Positions 56,663-64,000 of a stretch of 64,000 nt of DNA are shown here, piece after piece. Numbering within the stretch: position 1 is the stretch's first letter; each line of letters opens with the position of its first letter. The position numbers were made by a program, and so were the translations under genes. The stretch is from Candidatus Latescibacterota bacterium. Lineage in GTDB: Bacteria > Latescibacterota > UBA2968. The notes under the pieces were generated by a model. That model worked only from the letters and a program-made list of their open reading frames with translations, did no database searches and was not told the origin of the DNA. The DNA is taken from positions 4,260,946-4,324,945 of the forward strand of contig OZ253501.1 of NCBI GenBank assembly GCA_965262145.1. The letters run 5' to 3'.

Positions 56663-57928
56663 TCACCTGTTTCTGCCCAAACCGAGCTTTTGCCATGCCG
56701 CGGGTAGATTGCCTTGCAAGAGTTCGCTTTTCATGCGGATATGTGCGGTATCCCGGTCCGCTGTGTGTACAGCCCAAAAAGTGCTATCTCGCTTAGTTGC
56801 CTCTGGCAGAATCACAATTTCCGGCGCCTCAAAAATGGCGGGGGGCAAATCCGTATTGAGATCATAGCGATAGCAACGCGTTGTTGCTTGCGCAGTATAA
56901 TCGCGTGTCTTAATTGTGAAAACTTGACGCGCGGGCAACCAGTACTCATTGAGATATCGCGTATTTTGCTGATAAACCTGCCAGTGATCTATGCCGCGCA
57001 ATTGCAAGAGCGCGGAAAAATTAAGACGCAGGTCATAGCCCACAAGCGAAAAGTCATCGCGGGCGATCCACAAATCGCCAAGCAGGCCCGGCTCGTTCCC
57101 GTGCCGCGGCGAAACACCAATGCGCGAAACGTGAAGATCGCCCACCTGCACCGTGGAAATGCGTTCATAGTGGTAGTGTTCAAGCGCGTCGGGCGATAGG
57201 GGATGCGGCGCGATTTCAAAGGATTTATCCCCCACAGTGCCCCGCGCAGGGGTTTGCGTGAGACCTGGGGAAACACTCAACCGCCACTTACCCCAATTGC
57301 GTATGCCCGTAATATGCTGCGTGAGGCTGTCGGGGGATTGATAATAGCCTTGAACCGTGTATTCAATACCCGCAACAACCTCTTCCGTTTTGCGATTGAT
57401 CACCTTCTGATTACTGTACGCATTAAATGCGTAAGTGTGCATATTCGCGTGATATGTGTGGAGATATTCGAATCGGGTGCTCGCGATCAAGCGGCGGATC
57501 AGATCGGTCGCAGAGAGATCCTGCACTGGGATTTCCTCGCGCAGGAGTATAGGGGCGGGTAAAAGTGAAAGATGCAGGGTGGTGATCAGGCCGCGCGAAA
57601 GCACGAGCGTTGTATCTGCTGAGTTATAACCATAGTGCCGCGCCTGAACGTGTACGGTCCCCGGCGCAAGTCCCTCTATCTCAATACGCCCGTGTAGATC
57701 GGTAATGTGAACGCGGGGCAATTCGCCCCGTCGGCGGAGAACAACGGTGACATAAGGCAGGCTTGCATCAGTATCGGCATCGCGGCACTGCGCGTGAAGA
57801 ACAGATGTTGAGTCTGTCTGGGCAAGTGAGATTGAAGGCCAGAGGAGAGCGAAAAAAAAAAGGGCAAAAAGCGGATCATTGTTTTTTGCCGCGCGCGAGA
57901 ATATCCCACACGACTTCGACGCGATCAT
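56663..57928 (-). CDS. Secreted hypothetical protein with carboxypeptidase-regulatory-like N-terminal beta-sandwich (DUF5686-like)
   Basis: It has a signal peptide. 'VTVVLRRRGELPRVHITDLHGRIEIEGLAPGTVHVQARHYGY' is CarboxypepD_reg-like. Confidence 0.45.
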   Translation of the reverse strand: MIASKSCGIFSRAAKNNDPLFALFFFALLWPSISLAQTDSTSVLHAQCRDADTDASLPYVTVVLRRRGELPRVHITDLHGRIEIEGLAPGTVHVQARHYGYNSADTTLVLSRGLITTLHLSLLPAPILLREEIPVQDLSATDLIRRLIASTRFEYLHTYHANMHTYAFNAYSNQKVINRKTEEVVAGIEYTVQGYYQSPDSLTQHITGIRNWGKWRLSVSPGLTQTPARGTVGDKSFEIAPHPLSPDALEHYHYERISTVQVGDLHVSRIGVSPRHGNEPGLLGDLWIARDDFSLVGYDLRLNFSALLQLRGIDHWQVYQQNTRYLNEYWLPARQVFTIKTRDYTAQATTRCYRYDLNTDLPPAIFEAPEIVILPEATKRDSTFWAVHTADRDTAHIRMKSELLQGNLPAAWQKLGLGRNR

Positions 57929-58967
57929 TCCGCGTACCGTAGATTTGATCGTGCAAAAATACGGTCATGTCGGAATAACCGGAAATAAATTGAATTTTAT
58001 CGCCAATCTTCAGATCGCTATTCGTCAGACGAAGTAAGGCGTGTTCTGCCGACAGGCCGGTTACGACAACATCTGTTCGGTCTTTGATCTCGGGCAATGA
58101 AGGATGACTGCTCGTTGTCTTACGCCCTGCATCGGCGACTGCGCGGTCGGGAGCCGCGCGACTGATAACCGTGGTAAGCACCGAAAGCGCGTGTTCCAAA
58201 CCGCGGACATGGAGTCCATCGCGATAATAAGTATCCATAAAAATGCCCCCGCCGGCCTGTATCTCAGTAATACCGGAAAAATCGGGGGTAAACGCGAGCG
58301 TACCCGTGCCACCCGCACTGACAATACCGACGCACAACCCCGCATCCTCGATTAAATTGCGCGTCTTTGACAACTCTCCCACCGCCTTTCTACATGCTAC
58401 TTCTTTGGCGGAATCATCCAGAGCCATCGCGTGACCCTCATAGCCCATAATCCCCGCAAAAATCACACCGGGCGCCGCGTGTGCCTGCTGGACCAACGCG
58501 AGGGTTGGGGCACCCGGCGGCACGCCACAGCGTTTCATGCCAACATCTACCTCGATAAGCACGCGCACATCAACGCCTACTTCTGTGGCCGCATCGCTTA
58601 TCGCGCGGATGTGAACGGGATCGTCAACCGCCACCATAACATCTGCGCGACGGCACAGATTGACCAGACGCGCAATTTTTTGTTGTCCAACAACTTGATT
58701 GGCGATAAGTATGTCCGAAATACCGGCATCGGCCAGCACTTCGGCTTCACCGAGTTTGGCACAAGTAATGCCAATCGCACCTGCGCGCAATTGTTTGTGG
58801 GCAATAGCAGGGGTTTTATGGCCCTTGGCATGGGGCCGCCAGTGCAACCCGCTGTCTCGACATCGCGCCGCCATCTTCTGGATATTATTTTCCATCTTAT
58901 CCAGATCGACGAGCAGCGCGGGTGTGTCGAGCATCTGTATGGATTGACCAATAGGAGAATAGGGCAT
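57876..58967 (-). CDS. PLP-dependent alanine-racemase-domain enzyme (D-serine deaminase / D-threonine aldolase-like, DSD1 family)
   Basis: 'PALLVDLDKMENNIQKMAARCRDSGLHWRPHAKGHKTPAIAHKQL' matches the family N-terminus, with the PLP Lys in HAKGHK. I chose the start at 'MPYSPIG'. Confidence 0.7.
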   Translation of the reverse strand: MPYSPIGQSIQMLDTPALLVDLDKMENNIQKMAARCRDSGLHWRPHAKGHKTPAIAHKQLRAGAIGITCAKLGEAEVLADAGISDILIANQVVGQQKIARLVNLCRRADVMVAVDDPVHIRAISDAATEVGVDVRVLIEVDVGMKRCGVPPGAPTLALVQQAHAAPGVIFAGIMGYEGHAMALDDSAKEVACRKAVGELSKTRNLIEDAGLCVGIVSAGGTGTLAFTPDFSGITEIQAGGGIFMDTYYRDGLHVRGLEHALSVLTTVISRAAPDRAVADAGRKTTSSHPSLPEIKDRTDVVVTGLSAEHALLRLTNSDLKIGDKIQFISGYSDMTVFLHDQIYGTRNDRVEVVWDILARGKKQ

Positions 58968-58993
58968 TATAAACCTTTCAACTTTCTCACCTC

Positions 58994-60004
58994 TCACCCG
59001 AGATGAACATTGCTATCGTGCCAGTCAGCAAGCGGAGGCAAAATGCCGTCATCAATAGTCTGGTCTCGCAGCGCGGTCAGATGGGTATAGGATTCGCGTA
59101 GGGCATTGATATCGTCTTCGGTACCTTCGGGCATGGCCCAACTCACGCCCGACGCAGACAGAGTCGCAGGCATAGCCATCATGATATTGTCAAATCCCTC
59201 GGCATTGAGATATGCACCGCAGGGCCAGTCATAGGATTCGCCCAAAACGCCGCGCAGCATAAAAACACTTTGTTGTGCCGGCGATTGAAACGAAGAACGC
59301 CCGCGCAGATCGATAATGCGGGCACCGCCCCCGCGTACATGTTCTTGAACGCCTGCCCATTCATCGGCACTCATACCAACGCCATTGACGGTTTGTCCAT
59401 TGAGAATATCGGTGAGGGGCGTACCACCAATCTGAATACCGCCGATAAACACGGCCATCTGTTCGCCATGCCCCCCATACGTACGGCAACCGGTGACTTT
59501 GCTTTGCAAAATATCGAAGTGTTGCGCCAATCGGGTTTGCAAGCGCGTGCTGTCGAGCGCTGCGAGGGTAGTCACACGACCGGGTTCGAGGCCCGAATGT
59601 ACCAGCGTGGTCAGCCCCGTGATATCGGCGGGATTAAAAATAATGACGACAAACTTGCAGTTTGGACAATACTGTTTGATATCGAGGCCGAGTTGTTTGG
59701 CAATTTCTGCATTGTCGCGCCGCAAGTCTTCGCGGGTCATGCCCTCTTTGCGTGGCGCGCCCCCCGAGCTGATAACATAAGATGCGCCTTCAAGTGCTTC
59801 GGCAACATCGGTTGTCCACGTCACATCGGCATTGGGGAAACCGCAGTGATAGACCTCCTCGGCAGCGCCTTCAAGCCCCGGCGCAAAAGGATCGTACATA
59901 GCCACGCGAGACGCCGTGCCCGAAGACAGAAGCGTTTGTGCAAGGTTGGAACCAATGGCGCCTGCTGCGCCCATTACGGCAACTTTTTCATCTGTCAAAT
60001 ACAT
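58994..60004 (-). CDS. LDH/MDH-family NAD-dependent dehydrogenase (malate dehydrogenase-like)
   Basis: It has the Rossmann 'KVAVMGAAGAIGSNLA'. I chose the start at 'MYLTDEK'. Confidence 0.7.
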   Translation of the reverse strand: MYLTDEKVAVMGAAGAIGSNLAQTLLSSGTASRVAMYDPFAPGLEGAAEEVYHCGFPNADVTWTTDVAEALEGASYVISSGGAPRKEGMTREDLRRDNAEIAKQLGLDIKQYCPNCKFVVIIFNPADITGLTTLVHSGLEPGRVTTLAALDSTRLQTRLAQHFDILQSKVTGCRTYGGHGEQMAVFIGGIQIGGTPLTDILNGQTVNGVGMSADEWAGVQEHVRGGGARIIDLRGRSSFQSPAQQSVFMLRGVLGESYDWPCGAYLNAEGFDNIMMAMPATLSASGVSWAMPEGTEDDINALRESYTHLTALRDQTIDDGILPPLADWHDSNVHLG

Positions 60005-60113
60005 CGATACTCCTCTTTCATGTGATAGAAAACCCCGCACTTTTGTACGGGGTTTCCGGGTTTGAATTGTCTTTTAATTACCCACTGTGGTGAGCCGAGA
60101 TGCGATGGATCAT

Positions 60114-61301
60114 TTACTCTGGCTTCTGACTCTGAAGGGCTTCGTACATCTGAAATGCTTCATTTGCTTTTTTTACACACTCCGCCGCAACATCACCTTC
60201 CGCAGTTTCGGACTTGCGCGCATAAACGCGAGACAAGGCAGCCCATGCTCTGGCATTGTCGGCTTGCAGTTCGGTGACTTTGGTGAAGGCTTCAATTGCT
60301 TTGTCAAAAGCATCTAATTTGTCTGCCAGCAGACCAAGCTGGTACCACGAATCGACATCGGTTGGATTTGCTTCAACGCTTTTTCCAAACAGGTCAAGTG
60401 CTTTATCGCCTTTGTCGAGTTGCTTATAGGCAATTGCGAGGTTGAACAGCGCGTCCATATTATCGGGTTGTATCTCAACCACTTTTTCGAGAATCTCGGC
60501 AGACTTTTCAAAATTCTCGGCCTGCAAATAAATAGTTGCGGCAATATTCAAAATTTTTGGATCGTCACCTGCGATAGCCAGTGCTTTTTCCGCTGATTCC
60601 GCCGCGCCTTCTTTGTCGCCCAGTCGATATTGGGCAATCGCCATATGCTGCAAAATATTGATTTCTTCGGGATCAATTGCGTGGCCTTTTTTAAACATAT
60701 CAAGTGCTTCTTCAACCCGTTCGACATTCATAAGCGCGCCGCCCAGATTAAAAAAGGACTCGGCTTTTTTGGGATTGAGTTCAACTGCTTTCTGGTACAT
60801 CTCGATGCCTTCTTCGGAATTGCCCGTATTGAGATGCGTAATAGCCAATCCCTCATAAGCGTCGGCTTCATTGGGGTTAACCGTAATGGCGAGATCGAAT
60901 TGCTCCATTGCAAAGTCAAACCTTTGGGCATTCATCCCCTTGACGGCCATATTGTAATACCGCGTCCAGAGTTCTTTGCGATCTGTATCGACTTTCTTTT
61001 TCCACTTTTTGTTTGTTGCCAGATCATAGTGCTCATTCATCTCTTCAAAAAGCTCTTTCTGGCTGTAAAGCCAGCCCAAATAATACTGGACTTCGGAATC
61101 GCCGGGGTTTCCTTCCGCCGCGATCATATACTGCTCCAGTGCCTTATCGTATTGGCGTTGGTTGATATACAATTTGCCCGAGCGTTTGGCTACAGAAGCC
61201 TGCCCTTTGGTCACTTTTGCCTCAGCGACCTGTACGAACAGTGAAGTCGCAGCAAAGGCCAGTGTAAGGGCAACAATAAGTCCGCGCTTACAAAATGTCA
61301 T
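60114..61301 (-). CDS. TPR-repeat protein with signal peptide
   Basis: It has an N-terminal signal sequence and consecutive 34-aa TPR units of the 'AxxxYxxALxxxP' type. Confidence 0.7.
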   Translation of the reverse strand: MTFCKRGLIVALTLAFAATSLFVQVAEAKVTKGQASVAKRSGKLYINQRQYDKALEQYMIAAEGNPGDSEVQYYLGWLYSQKELFEEMNEHYDLATNKKWKKKVDTDRKELWTRYYNMAVKGMNAQRFDFAMEQFDLAITVNPNEADAYEGLAITHLNTGNSEEGIEMYQKAVELNPKKAESFFNLGGALMNVERVEEALDMFKKGHAIDPEEINILQHMAIAQYRLGDKEGAAESAEKALAIAGDDPKILNIAATIYLQAENFEKSAEILEKVVEIQPDNMDALFNLAIAYKQLDKGDKALDLFGKSVEANPTDVDSWYQLGLLADKLDAFDKAIEAFTKVTELQADNARAWAALSRVYARKSETAEGDVAAECVKKANEAFQMYEALQSQKPE

Positions 61302-61427
61302 GGGAATCTTCCTTTCTCAACGCAACCGACGCGTTCCGGCAGCAGGTTAAATGACAATGCACACCGCCAATATATGCAGTGTGCAAAATCCTGTCAAGTC
61401 TCTGTGAACCTCACGCCGCTATTGCCT

Positions 61428-61613
61428 TTATTGTTCCGAAAGAAGGGTGCCACCTCTCGCCCAGTGATCGCGGGGAATATCTTCGATAACGACCATCGTG
61501 CCATCGGCTTTGGCATTGCAAATATTGACCATCGCATCGGTAATGGCTCTGGCGAGTTCGCGTTTTTGCTCGTGCGTGCGGCCTTCGAGCATTTTGACAT
61601 TGATGAAAGGCAT
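61428..61613 (-). CDS. 4-oxalocrotonate tautomerase family protein
   Basis: It is 61 aa and begins 'MPFINVKMLEGRT.EQK', with the catalytic Pro1. Confidence 0.7.
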   Translation of the reverse strand: MPFINVKMLEGRTHEQKRELARAITDAMVNICNAKADGTMVVIEDIPRDHWARGGTLLSEQ

Positions 61614-61625
61614 GGATATCTCCTT

Positions 61626-62951
61626 TTAAAAGATAACGAGTTCTGGACTTTGCAACCTGGGTATTGCGGGTTTGGATGCGCCAAAGGAAAAAGCAATCGG
61701 CAAACTAAATCCGCGGATGGTACCCAGGGTTCTATTATTTTCAAGATCGACAATAAAGACCTGCACATTACCATCAAAAGCATCGAGTCTTTCGATCCCG
61801 ACGACATACACGGTTTTACCGTCGGGAGTGAGGCCGATACTGGCCACACTTTCACCGACAAAAATTTCGGCTGTTTGCTCCCATGTTTGTGTATCGATGA
61901 CCGCAATACCTCCCCAGCGCGCGGACACTGAATTGCCCGACGCATCAAACCCCAAAAAGCGGCGATTGAGAGATGCGACAAGGCGCGTGCCATCGGCGGA
62001 AAGCGCGATATCTTGAATTTCAATACCCAGATCATTGACCTGACCGAGCGTGAGGCTATCCGCAATCGCTTTGGTACTGGTATTGACTTTGAGCACGCGG
62101 TCCGCATAGGGGGTATTGAGATAAAGGGTTTGTCCGTCGGGCGAGATAGCCAATCGACTGATGGTTTGGCCCACAGAGATGCTGTCAATCAGGGCTGGAA
62201 TACCCGTATCAATAACAGACACAGCATTGGTCTCAAAGCCATGCCCAACGTAGAGGCGCGTGCCATCGGGTGAAATGGCAATGCCACTGGGCGTGGGCGG
62301 GACATCAATGATGTCCAGAGACTGGCCTGCAAGTACATCGAAGACCTCGACTGCCGCACCGGATTCTTCGGTGACATAAGCAAACTGGTGATTGGGAGAA
62401 AGCACAACGCGAAACCCGCCCCGACTCGCGAATGGTGTGCCGGGTGCGGCTGGGGTTTCGAGTGAGAGTTGAAATTCGGGGGTGCCATCTTCGGCAAATG
62501 CGTGGAAGGTATCGGTCGCTGCCACATAAAGCCGCTTGTTGATATTGGAAAACGCGATACCCCGTGGAAAAGAGACGGAAAGCACTCGGTTGGGATCGAG
62601 CAAATTGGTCGAGGTATCGATAACCTGGATACTGCTGCCAATAAAATCACTGATATAGAGCAAACGGTATTCGGATTCTGCAGGTGGGGTGGGCGTGCTC
62701 GAAGACCCACCAAAAGCACTGACAAAAAGGAGAAAGTCTGGAAAGTCGATTGTGCCATTGCCGTCGAGGTCGAGCTTTGCGTTGAAATCAGCCTGACCGG
62801 CAGACTTGCCAAAACCCTGAGCAAACGTCAGAAAGTCGGTAAAATCGACAGTGCCATTGCCATCAAAATCAGCCGACTTTGTCTCCTGGGCATTGAGCAA
62901 TGGGACTGCCAAAAACAGTGTGAGGGATAACACAATCGCGGTATATTTCAT
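61626..62951 (-). CDS. Secreted protein with N-terminal dockerin-like Ca-binding repeats and YVTN-type beta-propeller repeats
   Basis: It has a signal peptide and two 'D.DGNGT.DF.DF' dockerin-like repeats. It also has repeated 'ISPDG..LYV' blades. Confidence 0.65.
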   Translation of the reverse strand: MKYTAIVLSLTLFLAVPLLNAQETKSADFDGNGTVDFTDFLTFAQGFGKSAGQADFNAKLDLDGNGTIDFPDFLLFVSAFGGSSSTPTPPAESEYRLLYISDFIGSSIQVIDTSTNLLDPNRVLSVSFPRGIAFSNINKRLYVAATDTFHAFAEDGTPEFQLSLETPAAPGTPFASRGGFRVVLSPNHQFAYVTEESGAAVEVFDVLAGQSLDIIDVPPTPSGIAISPDGTRLYVGHGFETNAVSVIDTGIPALIDSISVGQTISRLAISPDGQTLYLNTPYADRVLKVNTSTKAIADSLTLGQVNDLGIEIQDIALSADGTRLVASLNRRFLGFDASGNSVSARWGGIAVIDTQTWEQTAEIFVGESVASIGLTPDGKTVYVVGIERLDAFDGNVQVFIVDLENNRTLGTIRGFSLPIAFSFGASKPAIPRLQSPELVIF

Positions 62952-63079
62952 GATATTTCCTTTTTGTAAGAATACTTATGATACCATTGACCGTTCAGGC
63001 TGTCAACCTGATTTGATTACATTTTGGGACGCTTTCCATTTGCTTATGGTTCCAAGTTCCAAGTAAAATAGGAGATATT

Positions 63080-63865
63080 GTGTTACCTGATTACCCGACG
63101 GTTTTCTGGTTTTTGGCTGCCATTTCTGTAATTTTTGTCGGTATAGCCAAAGCCGGGTTTGGCGGAGGCGTCGGCATTTTGGCGACGCCTCTCATGGCAC
63201 TTGTCATTCCCGTAGCAGATTCAGCGGCGATTTTGTTACCGCTCTTAATTGTTTGCGACGTATTTGCCGTTGCACACTACCGCAAGAATTTTCATCGGCG
63301 TAGCGTAAAACTGCTCTTACCAGGTGCAGCAATTGGGATCGGCATAGGAGCATTGTTCTTTGGATATTTCAGCGCGAATGAGCGCGTGTTGCAACTCGGC
63401 TTGGGAATTTTGAGTTTGTTCTTTGTAATATTCCAGGCTTTGCGTGCGGTGATTACGGGCGCACTTACAAAACGGCATCCACACAGCGCAGAAGGCGTTT
63501 TTATGGGCGCAGTAGCGGGCTTTACATCGACCATCGCACACGCTGGCGGTCCCCCCACAACCATCTATTTGCTTCCCCAACAATTGCCCCGCAACCTCTT
63601 TGTGGGAACGACTGTGATTCTTTTTGCAGCGATCAATCAGATGAAATTGATTCCCTATTTGGGTTTGGATATTTTGCGAGCAGAACATCTCATCGCAATT
63701 GCAATCCTGGCCCCCTTGAGTTATGTGGGCGTGCGACTGGGTATTTTTTTCAACAAGCGTTTTACGGACCGCTGGTTTAATCTAATCGTCTATTCAATTC
63801 TATTTGTCGCAGGCGTACAGTTGATTCTGGGCAAAAACCTGATTCAGTTGTTAGGGATTGTGTAA
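63080..63865 (+). CDS. TauE/SafE-family sulfite/anion exporter
   Basis: It is 261 aa with 7-8 TM helices. The two halves carry the 'G.GGG' motifs typical of TauE/SafE. Confidence 0.8.
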   Translation: MLPDYPTVFWFLAAISVIFVGIAKAGFGGGVGILATPLMALVIPVADSAAILLPLLIVCDVFAVAHYRKNFHRRSVKLLLPGAAIGIGIGALFFGYFSANERVLQLGLGILSLFFVIFQALRAVITGALTKRHPHSAEGVFMGAVAGFTSTIAHAGGPPTTIYLLPQQLPRNLFVGTTVILFAAINQMKLIPYLGLDILRAEHLIAIAILAPLSYVGVRLGIFFNKRFTDRWFNLIVYSILFVAGVQLILGKNLIQLLGIV

Positions 63866-64000
63866 ACTGTAAAATTGCCCTATTTTTTACAAAGAAGGGT
63901 CTGGGGACAAGGGCTGGGGCTGGTATGGCTTTCTCACCTCTGGAGGTTGCTATGGTATCGCGCATCTGCATTATACTGACCTGTCTCATCACCTGTGCCG

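Noticed and set aside
57876-57928. 53-nt overlap between the PLP enzyme C-terminus and the DUF5686-like gene start
   Set aside because: The overlap more likely reflects a later true start for 56663-57928 (alternative start codon) than a functional overlap. I left it unresolved.
61374-61931. 185-aa plus-strand ORF
   Set aside because: It is antisense to the 4-OT tautomerase (strong Pro1 signature) and to the start of the dockerin/YVTN gene.

Overview
This is a 64-kb contig from an uncultured Gram-negative bacterium. I have not placed it taxonomically. The ends are GC-rich (roughly 55-60% by eye), and an AT-rich accessory island of about 18 kb sits at roughly 35.2-53.3 kb.

The backbone, in order:
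- 0-9 kb, plus strand: a sugar and sulfated-substrate catabolic cluster. It holds a PD40 beta-propeller fragment, a DppA-like peptidase, an FGGY pentulose kinase, a sugar-phosphate isomerase, a Cys-type sulfatase, and a 2-oxoacid dehydrogenase E2-E1alpha-E1beta set. No E3 is present.
- 9.2-13 kb: two minus-strand tRNAs (Leu-TAA and Cys-GCA) flank a phytanoyl-CoA-dioxygenase-family (PhyH) gene. A ThuA, Ldh_2 and second PhyH cluster follows.
- 13-29 kb, minus strand: a large MoxR/DUF58/BatA-type 'aerotolerance-like' operon. It also carries DUF4159, a TPR-gluzincin protein, a 1077-aa coiled-coil membrane protein and a 784-aa membrane protein.
- Within that operon at 16.4-18.2 kb: a translationally coupled ABC/AAA_21-type ATPase and DUF4276 (TOPRIM-like) gene pair. 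This is my best candidate for a poorly described two-gene, OLD/PARIS-like anti-phage module. A truncated Fic N-terminal remnant lies next to it.
- 29-35 kb: an aldo/keto reductase, heme A synthase, a mannonate-dehydratase-like gene, tRNA-Leu(CAG), a DMT transporter, and a Co-type nitrile hydratase operon (beta, alpha, His-tailed accessory).

The AT-rich island begins with a YefM/Phd-like plus PIN toxin-antitoxin pair. That pair is bracketed by imperfect direct repeats of the nitrile-hydratase accessory gene 3' end and its terminator. The right-hand repeat carries a 14-codon chimeric mini-ORF (MDGIHDGHDHHHDH).

The island then encodes a pentapeptide-repeat protein and two glycosyltransferases (COG4671/GT28-like and GT4). 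Its most striking feature is a tandemly duplicated cassette, present twice at about 40.2-43.2 kb and 50.1-53.2 kb. Each copy comprises:
- a roughly 100-nt, almost identical 5' leader that contains the perfect palindrome CTATGCATAG and a strong Shine-Dalgarno sequence;
- a small secreted 6-Cys acidic protein (117 and 129 aa), whose signal/leader region is conserved while the mature core is hypervariable;
- a large TPR plus GWxTD-domain protein (784 and 805 aa) about 2 kb downstream.

Between the two copies lie an IS4-family IS, a sulfotransferase, a 561-aa polytopic membrane protein that may be GT-C-like, and a 929-aa lipoprotein. That lipoprotein fuses a metallophosphoesterase-like domain to a C-terminal tetraheme (4x CxxCH) cytochrome c. 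I propose the island encodes a modification/export or signal-receptor system built around the diversifying small Cys-rich proteins.

Downstream of the island, a second sulfatase gene is a pseudogene disrupted by an IS5-family element. The remainder of the window encodes an MFS transporter, a D-serine-deaminase-like PLP enzyme, an MDH-like dehydrogenase, TPR and dockerin/YVTN secreted proteins, a 4-OT tautomerase and a TauE/SafE exporter.
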